64,000 nt of DNA from Lingula anatina (taxonomy: Eukaryota; Animalia; Brachiopoda), in assembly GCA_051362555.1 (NCBI GenBank), contig CM120647.1:3410001-3474000 (forward strand). The letters run 5' to 3'. The translations under genes and the position numbers were made by a program. Under the pieces are notes generated by a model. That model did no database searches. It saw nothing but the letters and a program-made list of their open reading frames with translations, and had not been told where the DNA came from. Shown in pieces: positions 47,712 through 61,262 of this stretch; the first letter of the stretch is position 1; the number at the start of each line of letters is the position of its first letter.

Positions 47712-50345
47712 ACTAGAGGATCAGAGAGGCGATACCGCCTCCAAATATTGTACCACCAGCTGGAGCAAGCGCATTCATATAGACCCCCACATATACAAAA
47801 TAAGGAACACAGCCACCAGTCTTGTGCTTGACAAGCTGTAAAAATGCAATCAACAAGAATTTTCAAAATATGCAAAAAATATATATGTTACTAAAAATGG
47901 TACAATCAAAGTTAAGTTCATCGCAAGGTAGGTCAAAGGTCAATTCCAAGGTCACAGTAAATTGCCAGTATATGACTTCCTATTCAACTTCAATAGTAAC
48001 TATGGGCCTATCTCTGCCAGGTTTGGAGTTAAAAGAGAAAGAAATTAGCAGAGTTCAGTTCATGATAATAAGTAGGTCAAAGGTCAATTTCAAGGTCACA
48101 CTTAGATTGCCAGTATAGGACTTCCTATTCAACTTCAATAGTAACTATGGACCTATCTCTGCCAGTTTTGGAGATAAAGGGGAAGCAAACTATGCAAAGT
48201 TCAGTTCATGGTGAAAAGTAGGTCAAAGGTCAATTTTAAGGTCACTTTAAGATTGCCAGTATATGACTTCCTATTCAACTTCAATAGAGACTATGGACCT
48301 ATCTCTGCCAGTTTTGGAGATAAAAGGGAATCAAAATTTGCAAAGTTCAGTTCATGGTGAAAAGTAGGTCAAAGGTCAATTTTAAGGTCACATGTAGATT
48401 GCCAGTATATGACTTCCTGTTCAAGTTCAATAGAGACTATGGACCTATCTCTGCCAGTTTTGGAGATAAAAGGGAAGCAAAATTTGCAAAGTTCAGTTCA
48501 TGGTGAAAAGTAGGTCAAAGGTCAATTTTAAGGTCACATTTAGATTGCCAGTATATGTCTTCCTATTCAACTTCAATAGTAACTATGGACCTATCTCTGC
48601 CAGTTTTGGAGATAAAAGGGAAGCAAAATTTGCAAAGTTCAGTTCTTGGTGAAAAGAAGGTCAAAGGTCAATTTTAAGGTCACATTTGGATTGCCAGTAT
48701 ATGACTTCCTATTCAACTTCAATAGTAACTATGGACCTATCTCTGCCAGTTTTGGAGATAAAAGGGAATCAAAATTTGCAAAATTCAGTTCATGGTGTAA
48801 AGTAGGTCAAAGGTCAATTTTAAGGTCACATTTAGATTGCCAGTATATGACTTCCTATTCAACTTCAATAGTAACTATGGACCTATCTCTGCCAGTTTTG
48901 GAGATAAAAGGGAAGCAAAATTTGCAAAGTTCAGTTCATGGTGAAAAGTAGGTCAAAGGTCAATTTTAAGGTCACATTTAGATTGCCAGTATATGACTTC
49001 CTATTCAACTTCAATAGTAACTATGGACCTATCTCTGCCAGTTTTGGAGATAAAAGGGAAGCAAAATTTGCAAAGTTCAGTTCATGGTGAAAAGTAGGTC
49101 AAAGGTCAATTTTAAGGTCACATTTAGATTGCCAGTATATGACTTCCTATTCAACTTCAATAGTAACTATGGACCTATCTCTGCAAGTTTTGGAGATAAA
49201 TGGGAAGCAAAATTTGCAAAGTTCAGTTCATGGTGAAAAGTAGGTCAAAGGTCAATTTTAAGGTCACATTTAGATTGCCAGTATATGACTTCCTATTCAA
49301 GTTCAATAGTAACTATGGACCTATCTCTGCCAGTTTTGGAGATATAAGGGACTAAATGTTATAATTTTGGAGTTACCATAATGTGCCATAAATTTCCTAC
49401 AAAAAAAATTAATTAAAATAAAGAAAAGGTCATTTTGGTCAAAATTCTTGAAATGGGAGGTGCTCTGAAGTTCCAGATGTTCAAATTTGTTGAAATAATG
49501 TCATTTTTGACCACAAGTTGTCTGCTTTGCCAAGCCTTATGTTTTATTTTTCCGGAGTTCAAAATTTATTATCCATTACCGTACTGCACATTTTGCTTTC
49601 ACCACCAATATGTACTTTTTGATACAGCGTAACTCGAAAACCGTATGGAATACAAAAAAACGGAGACCACCTCCAGTGTTGGGCTTTACATGCTCTACAA
49701 AATGCAAAAAAGAATGGGTGTCTAGCATTAACGGTTCCCGAATTAGAGACAGTTTTCAGTTTCGATATCTTATGGCCGCTACTCCCGTGAAAATGCACCG
49801 ATTGACCCCAAATTCACGGAGATGAAAGATGACCTGAAGGGTAACACTTTCCATTAATATTATTAGTTAAGTCTGTGTGGTGTCTGAATAAGACCGCAAA
49901 TAATTTTTTTTTTTGGCAAAAATTTTGTTTTTTTGAAAATTTTGGCCCGTTTGACCTTAAAATAAAGGTCAAAGGTCAAATCCAAGGGCATATTTGAAAT
50001 CTACACATATGACTTTTGGAAAGCTGTCTGTAGAAATTTTTCCCATAATTCCTTCTGTAGGGGAGATAATTAGCATTTAATTTTGCCATTTTTGGACAAG
50101 GGTGCATTGCAATGAGTGCCACACCTAGACCCCAATACCGACAAAGCCCAAATTTTACGTGGAACGAGTTGAGATTATAGGTGACCTAAATCCAAGAGAT
50201 GGGTATGGAGGCCCTTACCGTCTAGGAGGAGAAGCGGTAACGGTGACTTGGCGGCGGAGCCGCAGGAGCCGCAGGAGCCGGCGGAACATACGGGTCGGGA
50301 CTAAAACCATGTGTACCGCCAGCGCCTACGCTGGTGGTACAATAA
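47712..50345. mobile_element. Helentron/HINE-like element with a central satellite array
   Basis: Starts ACTAGAGGATCAGAGAGGC (same start at ~21122), then a central 146-bp array, a GGAGCCGCA short repeat, and terminal hairpin TGTACCGCCAGCG-CCTA-CGCTGGTGGTACA (50312-50341) followed by ATAAT. Confidence 0.7.
47928..49345. repeat. 146-bp tandem array (~10 units)
   Basis: GTAGGTCAAAGGTCAA recurs at 47928, 48072, 48218, 48364, 48510, ~48656, 48802, 48948, 49094 and 49240. Confidence 0.97.
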
Positions 50346-53300
50346 TATCAATATAACCCAGTGACAGTGACACTGACCATTGCATCCAGTTCACTGCTGA
50401 CCACATATCTAATCAGTTTACCTGAGTGTCCCTGGTACTGTCTTCCTCGAGCTGAGGGAAAGTACATGTATATAATGTTAGTCCACCACACTCTCTCCGC
50501 TGAATACTGACGTGGTTGGAAATGTGTGTGTTGGAGGGGGGGGGGGAGTTTAACCCCCTCCTAACCCACCCCAGCTACTGTGTGCACGTATCCGGTATCG
50601 TTGTCGGGTCTCATGCTGCCACTGGGCGCTGGATTCTCTGCGTTTCCCGGGAGCGGAAGAGTTAACGCGGTCAGCGCCATTTTAGGGAGAGGCAGATAGA
50701 ACACAGAGATCTCATAATATCTGTAAACTTGTAATCGCTGAAATTAAATAAATAGATCTTGTTTTTTGATTTTTTTCTTAAATTTGCAGTATATTCTTCT
50801 TTCAGTTATTCTAGGCATTCCAAATATTTTTGGTTATTTGACCCTCTCTCTCTCTTCATCCTCCCCCTAAAATGTTCCACGTTAGAAAAAATCAATAATC
50901 GTATGGGAGAATAACACAGGCAATTGACCTACTTCACCAGTCATCGCTATTTTACTACTTTTATGACTTGGGAGAGATTACGTCATACACGCCTGGAATA
51001 TGTTGTTTTTATAATTATATAATTAATAAATTACACATATTGACAAAATATCTATAAATGTGTCTGTAAAAAAGGAACATTGCTTTTTAAAAATAATGAA
51101 AAAAATATGTAAAGAACCCAACACAAGATAAAAACTGCATTTTTCTCTTATATGCAAATTAGATTGTCTTTAGTAATAAAGCTGACAGGAAGTGATGCTC
51201 AAACCAGAGATTTCAAAGGTGGTGATCTTGATTAATCTGTATTTTGATATTAAATCTATTGATAATATTAATATTAGTAAAATATAATTGAAGCTACCAA
51301 ATCAAATATTTCTCAAAAGTTTTTTTTCTAATTACGAACCAATGCTCAACCCGCTCCTGGGATGAATTTAGTAACAGCCAGAAGGGCCTGAGAGTACGCC
51401 CCCCCCCCCCCCCCCCCCCCCAATGTGTTGTACATGTATGCCCTATCCAGACAACGTTTACCCTCTACACACTGTTACTTTACTTATATCCATTCTATAT
51501 CCTTTTTCCTTTTTATGAATGAACGATTCCTAATATTGAGGTGCTTATAAAAAGTAAATTGCTCTATATCTTTGTTGAGGGACAGATCATAAAGTTGCCA
51601 TTGGAAAAATTACAGATGTTTACATCAACATTTCTAAGCGTCCCAATAAAGAGAAAACGTGGCTGGCCAAGGTGTGGATGGAAATTCAACATACAAATGG
51701 ACAAGAAAAAGTTTAACAGAGGTCACGAGGATGGCAGTTGATAGAAAGAAGTAGAGGAGCTTGGTCCATGGAGTGTGCCGACAATCTTCGATATGCGGAG
51801 GAACGGGATAAAGATGATGATCACCACAAAGTACGGGGTGGGACTGGAAAAAGTGGGGGGGGGGGGGTAACATTTCTCTTGGTCTACTTAAAGGGGTGGG
51901 TCAAAAAATTAAGCCATTCATTTAGGGTGGGTCACAAACTAACTAAGCTTTATTTTTGGCACCTACTATGTAATTGCACCCAGGGGCGGATCCAGGATTG
52001 TTAGAAGAGGGGAGGAGGGGGGGTCCGCGGATACGAAGCGCCCCCCCCCCCCCCCCCCAAAAAAAAAAAAAATTGGCGTGGGTTCGGGGTCCACTGATGG
52101 GGCCCGAAATTTTTTGGTATTTCAGAGGGCAAACGGTGCCATTTGATACGATTTAGAACTATAATTCAGCTATTCAAAATTCTAATTTTATGTGTCACGT
52201 GGATATTTTTTACAAAGACAACAAGACGACTTCCATCTTTTGTCCCGTTTCAATTTAATTGTAACCTAATATACAGTAAGAAAAATAGGTGTTGACTCAC
52301 CATAAGTTGAAAGCAGCTAACAGTTATTAAAAACAAAGGAAATGTATGTATCGACGGAAACTCTTTATGACAATCTAAAAAAAATTCCGACGTAAAAACA
52401 AACATGCGTGCATGTATGACGTCTCACGCACACACATAGTTGCAACGACGGACAACAAACAACGTAAACAACAACAACAATCTACGCTCAATTTGGTAAC
52501 GTATGTATCGGTAACATATGTATCGAGGATTATTTGAAGGGGGGGGGGGCGGAACGACAGGCCTCTGATGCTAAGCCGACCATAGCCTCCTTGGTGTGGG
52601 GTTCAGGCCCTGCTGAAGGACCCCGAAAATTTTAGAGAGCAAACAGTGCGTTTGTACGGTTTAGAACTATAATTTAGCTAGTCAAAACTCTAGTTTCAAG
52701 AGGGGAATATTGGTACGATATATTTTTCAGAAACCGAAGGTGGGTCTTTTACCAGCGTTTTTAAGAACAAATAACAAAAGTTTCCTGTAGTTATTAAAGA
52801 ACAGTTATAACAGCATATCATTGAGAAAGCTTGTCACCCAGTAGTTCATTTAAGAAAAATTACAAAGCTGCCGTACCATAAAATATTCTACCCAGGAAAC
52901 TCCCTAATGCAAAGAATTCGTTTCTCATGACAGGGTTCAATCACAACATCTTTTCCAGATTTTTGTCGATCTAACAAGTTTTGCATCGGTTGGGAATCAA
53001 ACACGGACTGCCCGCGTTGCATTATCCCACTGTGGCTCGCGTGCTTCAGTTTGCACGGATGGTCCCTGCCCCTCCCCTCCCCAATAAATCCTTCAGTGAT
53101 GCTCGTAAACTTTTGTGCAAGTTTGAGTGCTATGTTCTGTATTTTGAATGAGTTACCGCCATCAGCTTCATTTAGAGTGGCAATCTACACCTTCGTTTAC
53201 ATTGTTAGATATACCTGTATCTTCTGCAACTCATACGTGTGTGATGAGTTTAATAACTGACACAGAGATAGTAGTTTAGATATATGTATTCTGCATAAGG

Positions 53301-54016
53301 AATATATTAAAATGTGTGTTTGTTAAAACAAAATTTAAGTTCCTCAAAATAATTGTGCGTTTGTTTCTTATTTTATCTATTTTACAGTTAAAAATAAACG
53401 CATCGGACTTTCCCAGTGCTGCCCTCTGTGGCCCAATTAATGTGTAGATACATGTATTAAGACGAGGAAGGGTGTGTCTGTTACTGGACTTCTGTTATTA
53501 GATCTCCTTTTGTGTAAGCTTACGTGTAATTCAAGTACTGATGCAAATTAAATGACCATAATAAAAGACGCAAAAATATTTATATCCTTTCAGCTTCAAA
53601 GACTGATGCAGCAGCTACGAATTTTAACTTGATTGCCAGAAATAGTTTCACCCACTTCTTTTTATTACTGTTCATTCAAACCAATGATTATAATCAGGTT
53701 CTCTGCATGAAAGGAAATAAATCCAAATACCACAGTTTGACCATCAGTTCTGAATTCTGGAAATGAGACAGAGTCTATTTATAATGGTGTTGAAAACAGG
53801 GTATTGTGAAGTGGGGGGGAGGGGGGGCGTCCAGATGTCTTCGAGACGGCTTTTTATATTTGCTCCAGTTCTCGCTTTCATGAACTCGGATGATTCATGA
53901 TATTTTTATGTATATTATTGAGTCAGTGAACATTTATCTTTAACTTTGTTATAACCAGTAGGAAAATAACGATATGAAAGGCAAATAAAGACTTATATAA
54001 TGTAACGCCGACACAG

Positions 54017-54050
<34 letters not shown>

Positions 54051-54644
54051 TAAATAAGATAAAATAAAATACATTTTTTCCCAAAAAAAATTAAGCTTTG
54101 TGCTCATTTGCAGTTTAGTTTTACCGTAGTAATAGCGTCTCTCTCTCTCTCTCTCTCTCTCTGTAGTAGAAGTACAAAAAATGTAAGCACTACAAAGATG
54201 AAGCAAGTAAATTCATCATTTGTCTTTGATTCCAGGACTTTCATCTTCTCCGAAATAACATTAATCTGCAAAAGTCTACCCAATTTTGATAATTATTCGA
54301 GACCTTTTACTTTGGGCCAGCGAGTTGTTAAGTAGGCCCCTTTCTTGGCTAAACGCATTTCACCTTTGAAGGGCTGATGTTAAGGAACGTTTCAGAAGAA
54401 TGACCCTTTATAAAAGTTATAGATATAGCCGTGTGAGTATTTAGGAGTGATCTTCTGTGCCAGCAAAAGATCAAACATTTGCCTGTACAAATCCCAGGAA
54501 AGGTTGCCATAGTTACTGTAGATGCACAAGGAATACACATGTAGGTGTAGTCTGTCTGTGACTTTATTGTTCTTGCATGTGAGTGCGTACGCCAGAGACA
54601 GTATTTATTAAACGTACATGTACTTCGTATTTAAGCATGGTATT

Positions 54645-54960
54645 CAGGGGCGGATCCAGGATTATTTGAAGGGGGGGGTCGGTTTTTAGGAATGACAGGC
54701 AGCGGATGCGAAGCCGACCCTCCCCCCCCCCTCCCCCCCATACCCTTAGCGTGGGCTCTGGGAAGGGCCCCTAAAAATTTTGGTATTTCAGAAAACAAAC
54801 TGTGCCATTTGGTACAGTTTATACAATGATTCAGCTAGTCAAAATTCTAATTTCAAGAGGGGACCATTGATTTTTTTCAGAAATCGAAGGTGGGGGGGGG
54901 GGGGGGGGGGTGAGGTCAGGGCCCGCACTGACCCCCCCCCCCCCCCCAAATCCGTCACTG
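54645..54960. mobile_element. MITE with CAGGGGCGGAT...ATCCGTCACTG termini and 5-bp TSD GTATT (hAT5-like)
   Basis: GTATT|CAGGGGCGGATCC...AAATCCGTCACTG|GTATT. Relatives at ~51981-52190, ~52525-52740, ~60110-60245 (inverted) and 60559-60814. Confidence 0.75.
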
Positions 54961-56356
54961 GTATTAAACTATACAATGTAACTTCTTTGACTCTCATTTG
55001 AAAAAGGATGTCCTTTTTGAATGTGGTAGACATCATGTTTGTGGACCTCACTTACAATGACTAGTTTTAAAACAAGTCTAAAGTAACAAGGTTTTGCAAT
55101 TTATAGTTGCAGAAAATAACAAAAACTGTCAAATTCAGGGAACATATATGTGACTGCATGTTTTTATTTTTTCTGCAATCCAAATGCAGTAAATTACCAG
55201 TTGACTTTATTTCAACTTTTTAAGTAAGAGCATACTCATTATCTCGTTAAAATTAAATGTATGATTTATATTTCTCATTTTTATTGCAGACTAAACAGTT
55301 ACCTGAAAATCAACTTTCTATGAAGTTTGAACACATGAAATGAATAATCAAGAGAATTCAGATGCAACACTCGTGATAAACATATTCGGTTAAAAATATA
55401 ATCATGGTTGTCGTGAGGTACCAGCTAACATCACTTTGGGTTCCAGTCTTTAGTGAAATAGAATGTAGGCCTACCTCGACGAAGAGAGAAGATTCTCATC
55501 ATGTTACCAAAACCTATAAGTATTTCACTCGGGGATCTAAGACTTTGTGTTGAAAGAGGAAGGGTGACATAGGATAAAAATATATCTCTCTTCGCTCGGC
55601 AAATGTAAAACAGTGTAGTATGACACACATATAAAACACATTATACTTGTACATTGCAAGTAATACTTCTTATTACAGATTTATGAACACCTATATTTTA
55701 CATATGTCTTCTCTTATTTCGGATCGGTAGACGAGGAACCAAAGGGCCAAGAGACATGCATTAAAACAGTTTAACGATATTCTTTATTGAGATAAATGGT
55801 TAAAACCCGTTGATATATGTACATATTTACAGCTGCCAAGTGCTTGTCACATCTAGCACATTTCCATGAAATCTGTGGTTGTCGTCACAGCCATGTTGAG
55901 ACAGGACAGAAGCCAAAATATACCGCGTGTAAAAAATTGTTTTTAGTAGATGTCAAATTTAGTAGAGTAACTTACTTTACAATTACTTATAATATCACTT
56001 CACTTTGATCAGAATAGCTAGAAGAAGTGCAAAAGTGCAAATGTGCGTGGAAGAGGGGTGGGATTGGGAAAATGTGTATTTCAGAAGTTATAGGTATAAA
56101 GGGAGGGGCACGTGGCCCCCTCCCTCTTAGATCCACTGAATAAGTGACCAAATCATGAAAAAATCCCTCATTGTGTGTGGTGTTGTGTCTTGTCGTACAT
56201 GTAAGACACAAGTGAAAAAGCATCGTGTCTTGTGTGTTGATGGTATATCTTACAAGTAATACTACATTTGAAAGATTCATGAAAAAGTTTATATTACAAT
56301 TTCAACTACCCGTATCAGTAGATGAGGAAAACCGTTTAACAAGATATTTTAGGTAA

Positions 56357-57421
56357 GGCCACACTTTTTTATTTTTATGGATGACATCCTCTGGGGACCC
56401 CAAAGTCGGTGCGAGCGGGCGAAAAAAAAAAACAGTCCAAAAAAAAAAACTGCTTAAGAAAAGTTATGTTTTCAGTACACAGCTGGAAACACTTATTTAC
56501 CACAGAAACACGTATCAAACTAACAACATGTCTTTATCCATGCTCTCAAAATATTAAAGCATTGTGAATAGGGCCTACTTCGTAGAAAGGTAAAAAGTCA
56601 TGAATATATATGCTGCATATTACCAAATCTATTTAAGGTTATTTCATGCATTCTGTTGGTATAGAAACCAATAAAACAAATATCAAATAAATAGCGTGTC
56701 TTTATTTGTACTCTCAGAAAATTAAAGCATTGTAAACACTTCACAGAATTGTTAAAAAAATTAAGCAAAGATAGGCCTATGCTTCCTACTACTAAGGTAA
56801 TTTCGGTCGATGCCATTTTGTCTACTTCGACTCACACGCTAGCAGCCAACTATCGGGTGGCCTGTCCGACCTTCAGTCCACCAAATACCGCGACGCTCTT
56901 GTCGACCCTTTTTTCGCTCCAAAAAGAAACTGGTATGTGCTGCTTTGGACAGAATGTCACTGAAATTTTCCGGGCGATGATTGCTGGCCGCGGCCAGCCT
57001 TTCGTAAAATTGTAAAAGGGTGATATCTCCATGTCCAATATCAATGGCAAACCAATCCAAAACGACGGCCCCCGTTCTCTTTATGACTTTAATTGTCGTG
57101 TATTTTGAAATTAATGCTAGAGATGAAGTTGACGGCAAAACGGCCATATTTCCATGTGGTGATAATACGCATGCGCAGAAAGCTCATTTTCCACACTCGG
57201 AACTACTCGGATGTCTCCGCAGTCGACAATGACAGTATGGAGCTTGCGGAATTAGCAGAGAATTGCCGATTGCATTTTCCGGCAAATTCAATAACGATGT
57301 TTGCGACAACCGACTTCCTTTGGGGGGGGGGGGGGGATTTTTTTTTTTTTTTTTTTTTGGAGAACGGACGAAAATCGGTGCGCGCGCAGGATGTCATCCA
57401 TAAAATTAAAAAAGTGTGGCC
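56357..57421. mobile_element. Non-autonomous TIR transposon with TAA TSD (PIF/Harbinger-like), 1065 bp
   Basis: TAA|GGCCACACTTTTTTATTTTTATGGATGACATCCT...AGGATGTCATCCATAAAATTAAAAAAGTGTGGCC|TAA; 34-bp TIR with 1 mismatch. Confidence 0.9.
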
Positions 57422-58176
57422 TAAATGGGTAAAAATCGGTTATTATGGCCTACTATATACATAATTTACGAAGGCCAACGGCTTGTCACATCTAGCACAT
57501 TTCCACCAATTCTGTGGTAGACGTCACAACCATGTTGAGACAAGACAAACTACAGAATATTAATATTACCGCGTATAAAAAGTAGTTTTTACATATGGAC
57601 CGGGCCCCCTATGTCAAAATGTCATTTCTCGAGGAAGTAAAATACATGCATCGCTTTAAATTCTTATATAAGATAAACTTGAATGTCCTATAAGTGTTGT
57701 AGTGCCATGTCAAATAATCATGTTATTTCTGATATGTGTTGAAGACGTGTATTGACCGCTTGAAATGGCTGGAGGATTGGCGAGTTATAATAAACTAGTG
57801 GCGATTTAGAGTGGGGGGGGGGGTCATGACACCCCCCCTCTTCGGTTTCTGAAAAATAAGTCACACCTGTCCTCGCCCCTTCACCTAACCCCAGCAGCTG
57901 AAGTCGCAAAAACAAGGGCACTGTGAGGGCGTTTTGAACTATTGTATCCACGCTTTACTGCGGTAAAATAAACCAACAAAATGGTTACAAGAGCGAAGTA
58001 GCGGTTTGTTTGTTAAATAGGATAGTAATATTTTTGTTAACAGTTAATATTTTTCTTTCCCATCCACGTATCTTATTATCACAGGTCCTTGCTGACAATT
58101 ACCCCCGCAAAAATTAAACCACTTACCTCAACCACAACACGAACGTCACCTTTAATGAAGATGAATTAGTATCGTT

Positions 58177-58211
<35 letters not shown>

Positions 58212-58610
58212 TTTGCAGAAAGTCTTTGACAGTAGAAGAACCTGTCAATATTCCACACATAATGCAAAAAAAAATTATCCTTCCTTCTTCCACGCACATA
58301 CTGGGGAACATAGTTTAACTAATTTTGAAATGACCCATGCGCTACCTCCAGAATAACGTCAAATGTCATATTTCTTTACTTGAATCTGTTTTTAAATTGG
58401 TTTCTTTTGCTAAATTCTTCTTTTTACAAAATAGTTTGTAATCTAGAGTGTCGTATTAGACAAGCTGAAGGGTTAAGAAAAAGAACTAGTTTTGGAAACA
58501 TGTTGCACATATTCTCTTAAAATATTTTGCAATTTAATTACTAACTTCATATTTTTAGCGCTCTCTTTCGGCGTACTCACTGTTTCACAGCGAGAGAAAT
58601 CACAGTGCGC

Positions 58611-58869
58611 AATGATTGACGTTTGCTTAAATAACCTGCCAATCGATCTGTTATTTTTTGACAGCAACTATCAAAACTAACTGAATTTGATTGGCACCTT
58701 GTCAATCAAAAGGTGTAGGAAGCTTGAACTAAATGTGTTCGATGACTAGAGTGATCTACCGTGTAATGATTGTGATTGACGTTTGTTTATATAACCTGCC
58801 AATCAAGCTATTATTATTTGACAGCAGCTATTAAAACTAATGAATTTGATTGGCATCTTGTCAATCAAA
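58611..58869. repeat. Diverged direct duplication (~100-bp core)
   Basis: TGATTGACGTTTG.TTA.ATAACCTGCCAATC...GAATTTGATTGGCA.CTTGTCAATCAAA occurs twice. Confidence 0.75.
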
Positions 58870-60558
58870 GGATATAGGGGTTTTTACATGTTCGGAGAGA
58901 AGAGTGTAGTAATTGTGTTTGTCGTTTGTTTAAAAAACTGTCATTCATAGTCGTGTGCGATTAACAGCTTTCATCAAAGCTGAATTAGCCTGTTTGAATT
59001 TGACACATTCCTGTCTATATCAATAGGCCTACATGTCGTAACATTCTGAAGGTAGAGGGCATTTTCTTTTCTTCCTTTTTTTTTCTTGCAGCGCGTTAAA
59101 AACATCGGTTTTTTTTATTTCAACCGAGAGACTGAAATTTAAAAACGTGAAAGAGTCCCGGGTTCTTTCACAGGCGTTTTTAATTGTACTAAAAATCAGT
59201 TGTTATTCTTTTTCTGGATATGATGTAAAATGACTATACATGAATTAACGTTGTTGTCGATGTTTGTTGCTCCATGATCCTTTCTTTGGTGCTCGTACGA
59301 AATCGGAACTTCGTATACGAACTGAACATATTACTTTAATCATACTCATGTTCTTTTACACCCGATGAATATTTTTGGGTCATTTTTAGAGAACGAATGG
59401 TATAAAAAGTAAAACCTTGCCATCTTTTTCATAAGCTACGGAGAGAGAAAGGCCGAGATAATGATGTTGGTGACCAGGTAAAATTAAAAACTACCGGTTT
59501 TGTTCCTTCCTTACAAAGGGCCGGAGCAATAAGTAGCCCGTCTCTGTATATTGACAGGAGCGTGCGTGAAAACTGTTGTTTTCAAATAAACTACACAATT
59601 AAAACTGACAAGATAAAACTGAAAACAATTTTATGCAATGCGTTAACAATCTTTCGAGCTTTAATATGCGATATATTTTTAGTACTTCATAAGTATAAAA
59701 ACTCCAGATTTCAATAACGTGTGAATAGGAATAAGTCGGTCTGGTCTAATCAAAGACTTGAAATTCTTGGTTTAATTTAATGAAGTTGTTTTTAAAGCCC
59801 ACTTTTTTCACGTCAACACAGGAAGGGACAGGCTTCTATTTCTTCTTCTCCTTCTTCTTCTTTTTTTTTTTTGTGGGAGCGCAAACTGGTCGAAATTTAA
59901 CACTTTTTGAGACCTTTCCTGCCGTCCGTAAGCACAACGCATGGATTTTGTGCTAGTCGTCACAATGAGACCGAGACCGCAGCATAGGCAAAACACTGCA
60001 GCCTGAGCAGTGGCTGGTTTAGGGGGGTCTCAGGGGGGGTCCTGCCCCCCCCTTCAGTTTCTGGATATTAAACCACACCAATACTCCTCTCTTGACTAGC
60101 TTAATCATAGTTCTAGACCGTAGCAAATGGCACTGTTCGCCCTCTAACATACCAAAAATTTTCAGTACCCTTCAGCGGGCCCCGAACCCCACGTCAAAGG
60201 GGATGGAGGAGGGGGCGAGGGTCGGCTTCGCATCTGAGGCCTGTCATCCGTAAAGTAAACTGTTACCATTCGTGCATGATAACTGGTTATTCACTGGTAC
60301 ATGGAAGTATTGGCAAGTGCGACCGCCCATCACATAATCCCAGCAGTCGAGTTAAAACTGGCGGCGAATGAGCATGTGTTCGAATTTTACATTTTTTCCT
60401 CCCATTCCTAACCTGGCATGGTTGGTCAACTTTATTCAGGTGTAGATAAGGTGAGCTGAAAACTTGGTTTTTTAATTTCTTTTTCAGACAGCTCTGAGTC
60501 AAATTTATACTTCCGGGGCCGTGGCTCTCTTCGACGTATTTCCTCTTCGACAGCTTTA

Positions 60559-60814
60559 CAGGGGCGGATCCAGGGTTATTTGAAGGTAGGGGGGTCCGCG
60601 GATGCGAAATCAACCCCCCCCCCACTTCTACATGGCGTGGGGTTCGAGGCCCGATGAAGGTCCCTAAAACTTTCGGTATTTTTAGAGGGCGAACGGTGCC
60701 ATTTGGTATTTGGTTCGATTTAGCACCATAAATCATCTAGTCAATATTCTAAATCCAAGAGGGGAATATTAGTGTGATTTTTTTCAGAACCCACCCCCTC
60801 CAAATCCGCCACTG
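60559..60814. mobile_element. Second complete CAGGGGCGGAT-type MITE
   Basis: CTTTA|CAGGGGCGGATCC...AAATCCGCCACTG|CTTTT; 5-bp TSD with 1 mismatch. Confidence 0.7.
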
Positions 60815-60887
60815 CTTTTACTAACACTACTCGCTATCTTTTAGCTCTAACACCCATTTTAACCACAAAACATTCAAATTATCCAAC

Positions 60888-61262
60888 ACTACCAGAGCGG
60901 ATGAATGTTAGTGCTATAGGTTTTGCTTCGTTGGTGTTAAATAACTGTGTGGTGCGTTGGCTAATCCGTGGGTTTTGTGGTTAATATAGGCGTTAGTACT
61001 AAAGATCTGCAGCTAGTGTCAGTAAACGCCTGATCCGTTTATAAGGCCTGGAAGTCCCAAACAAAATTTTATTGAAACTGCTGCCATACATGACAGAGTT
61101 GATAAGTCAACTTACATTTCTTAATCCTTATCTTCCCAAAGCAATTTCGTTGATGTATAACTAAAAAAAACTTCAAGTTTTCTTATTCATCTTGGTCTTT
61201 AGATAATCTAAGAGATCAAATATCGATCCAGGTATCAGGACACCCCCCCCCCCGGACAATTC
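60888..61262 (+). repeat. Dispersed repeat (copy B, uninterrupted)
   Basis: Matches 13338-13656 joined to 15320-15367. Confidence 0.85.
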
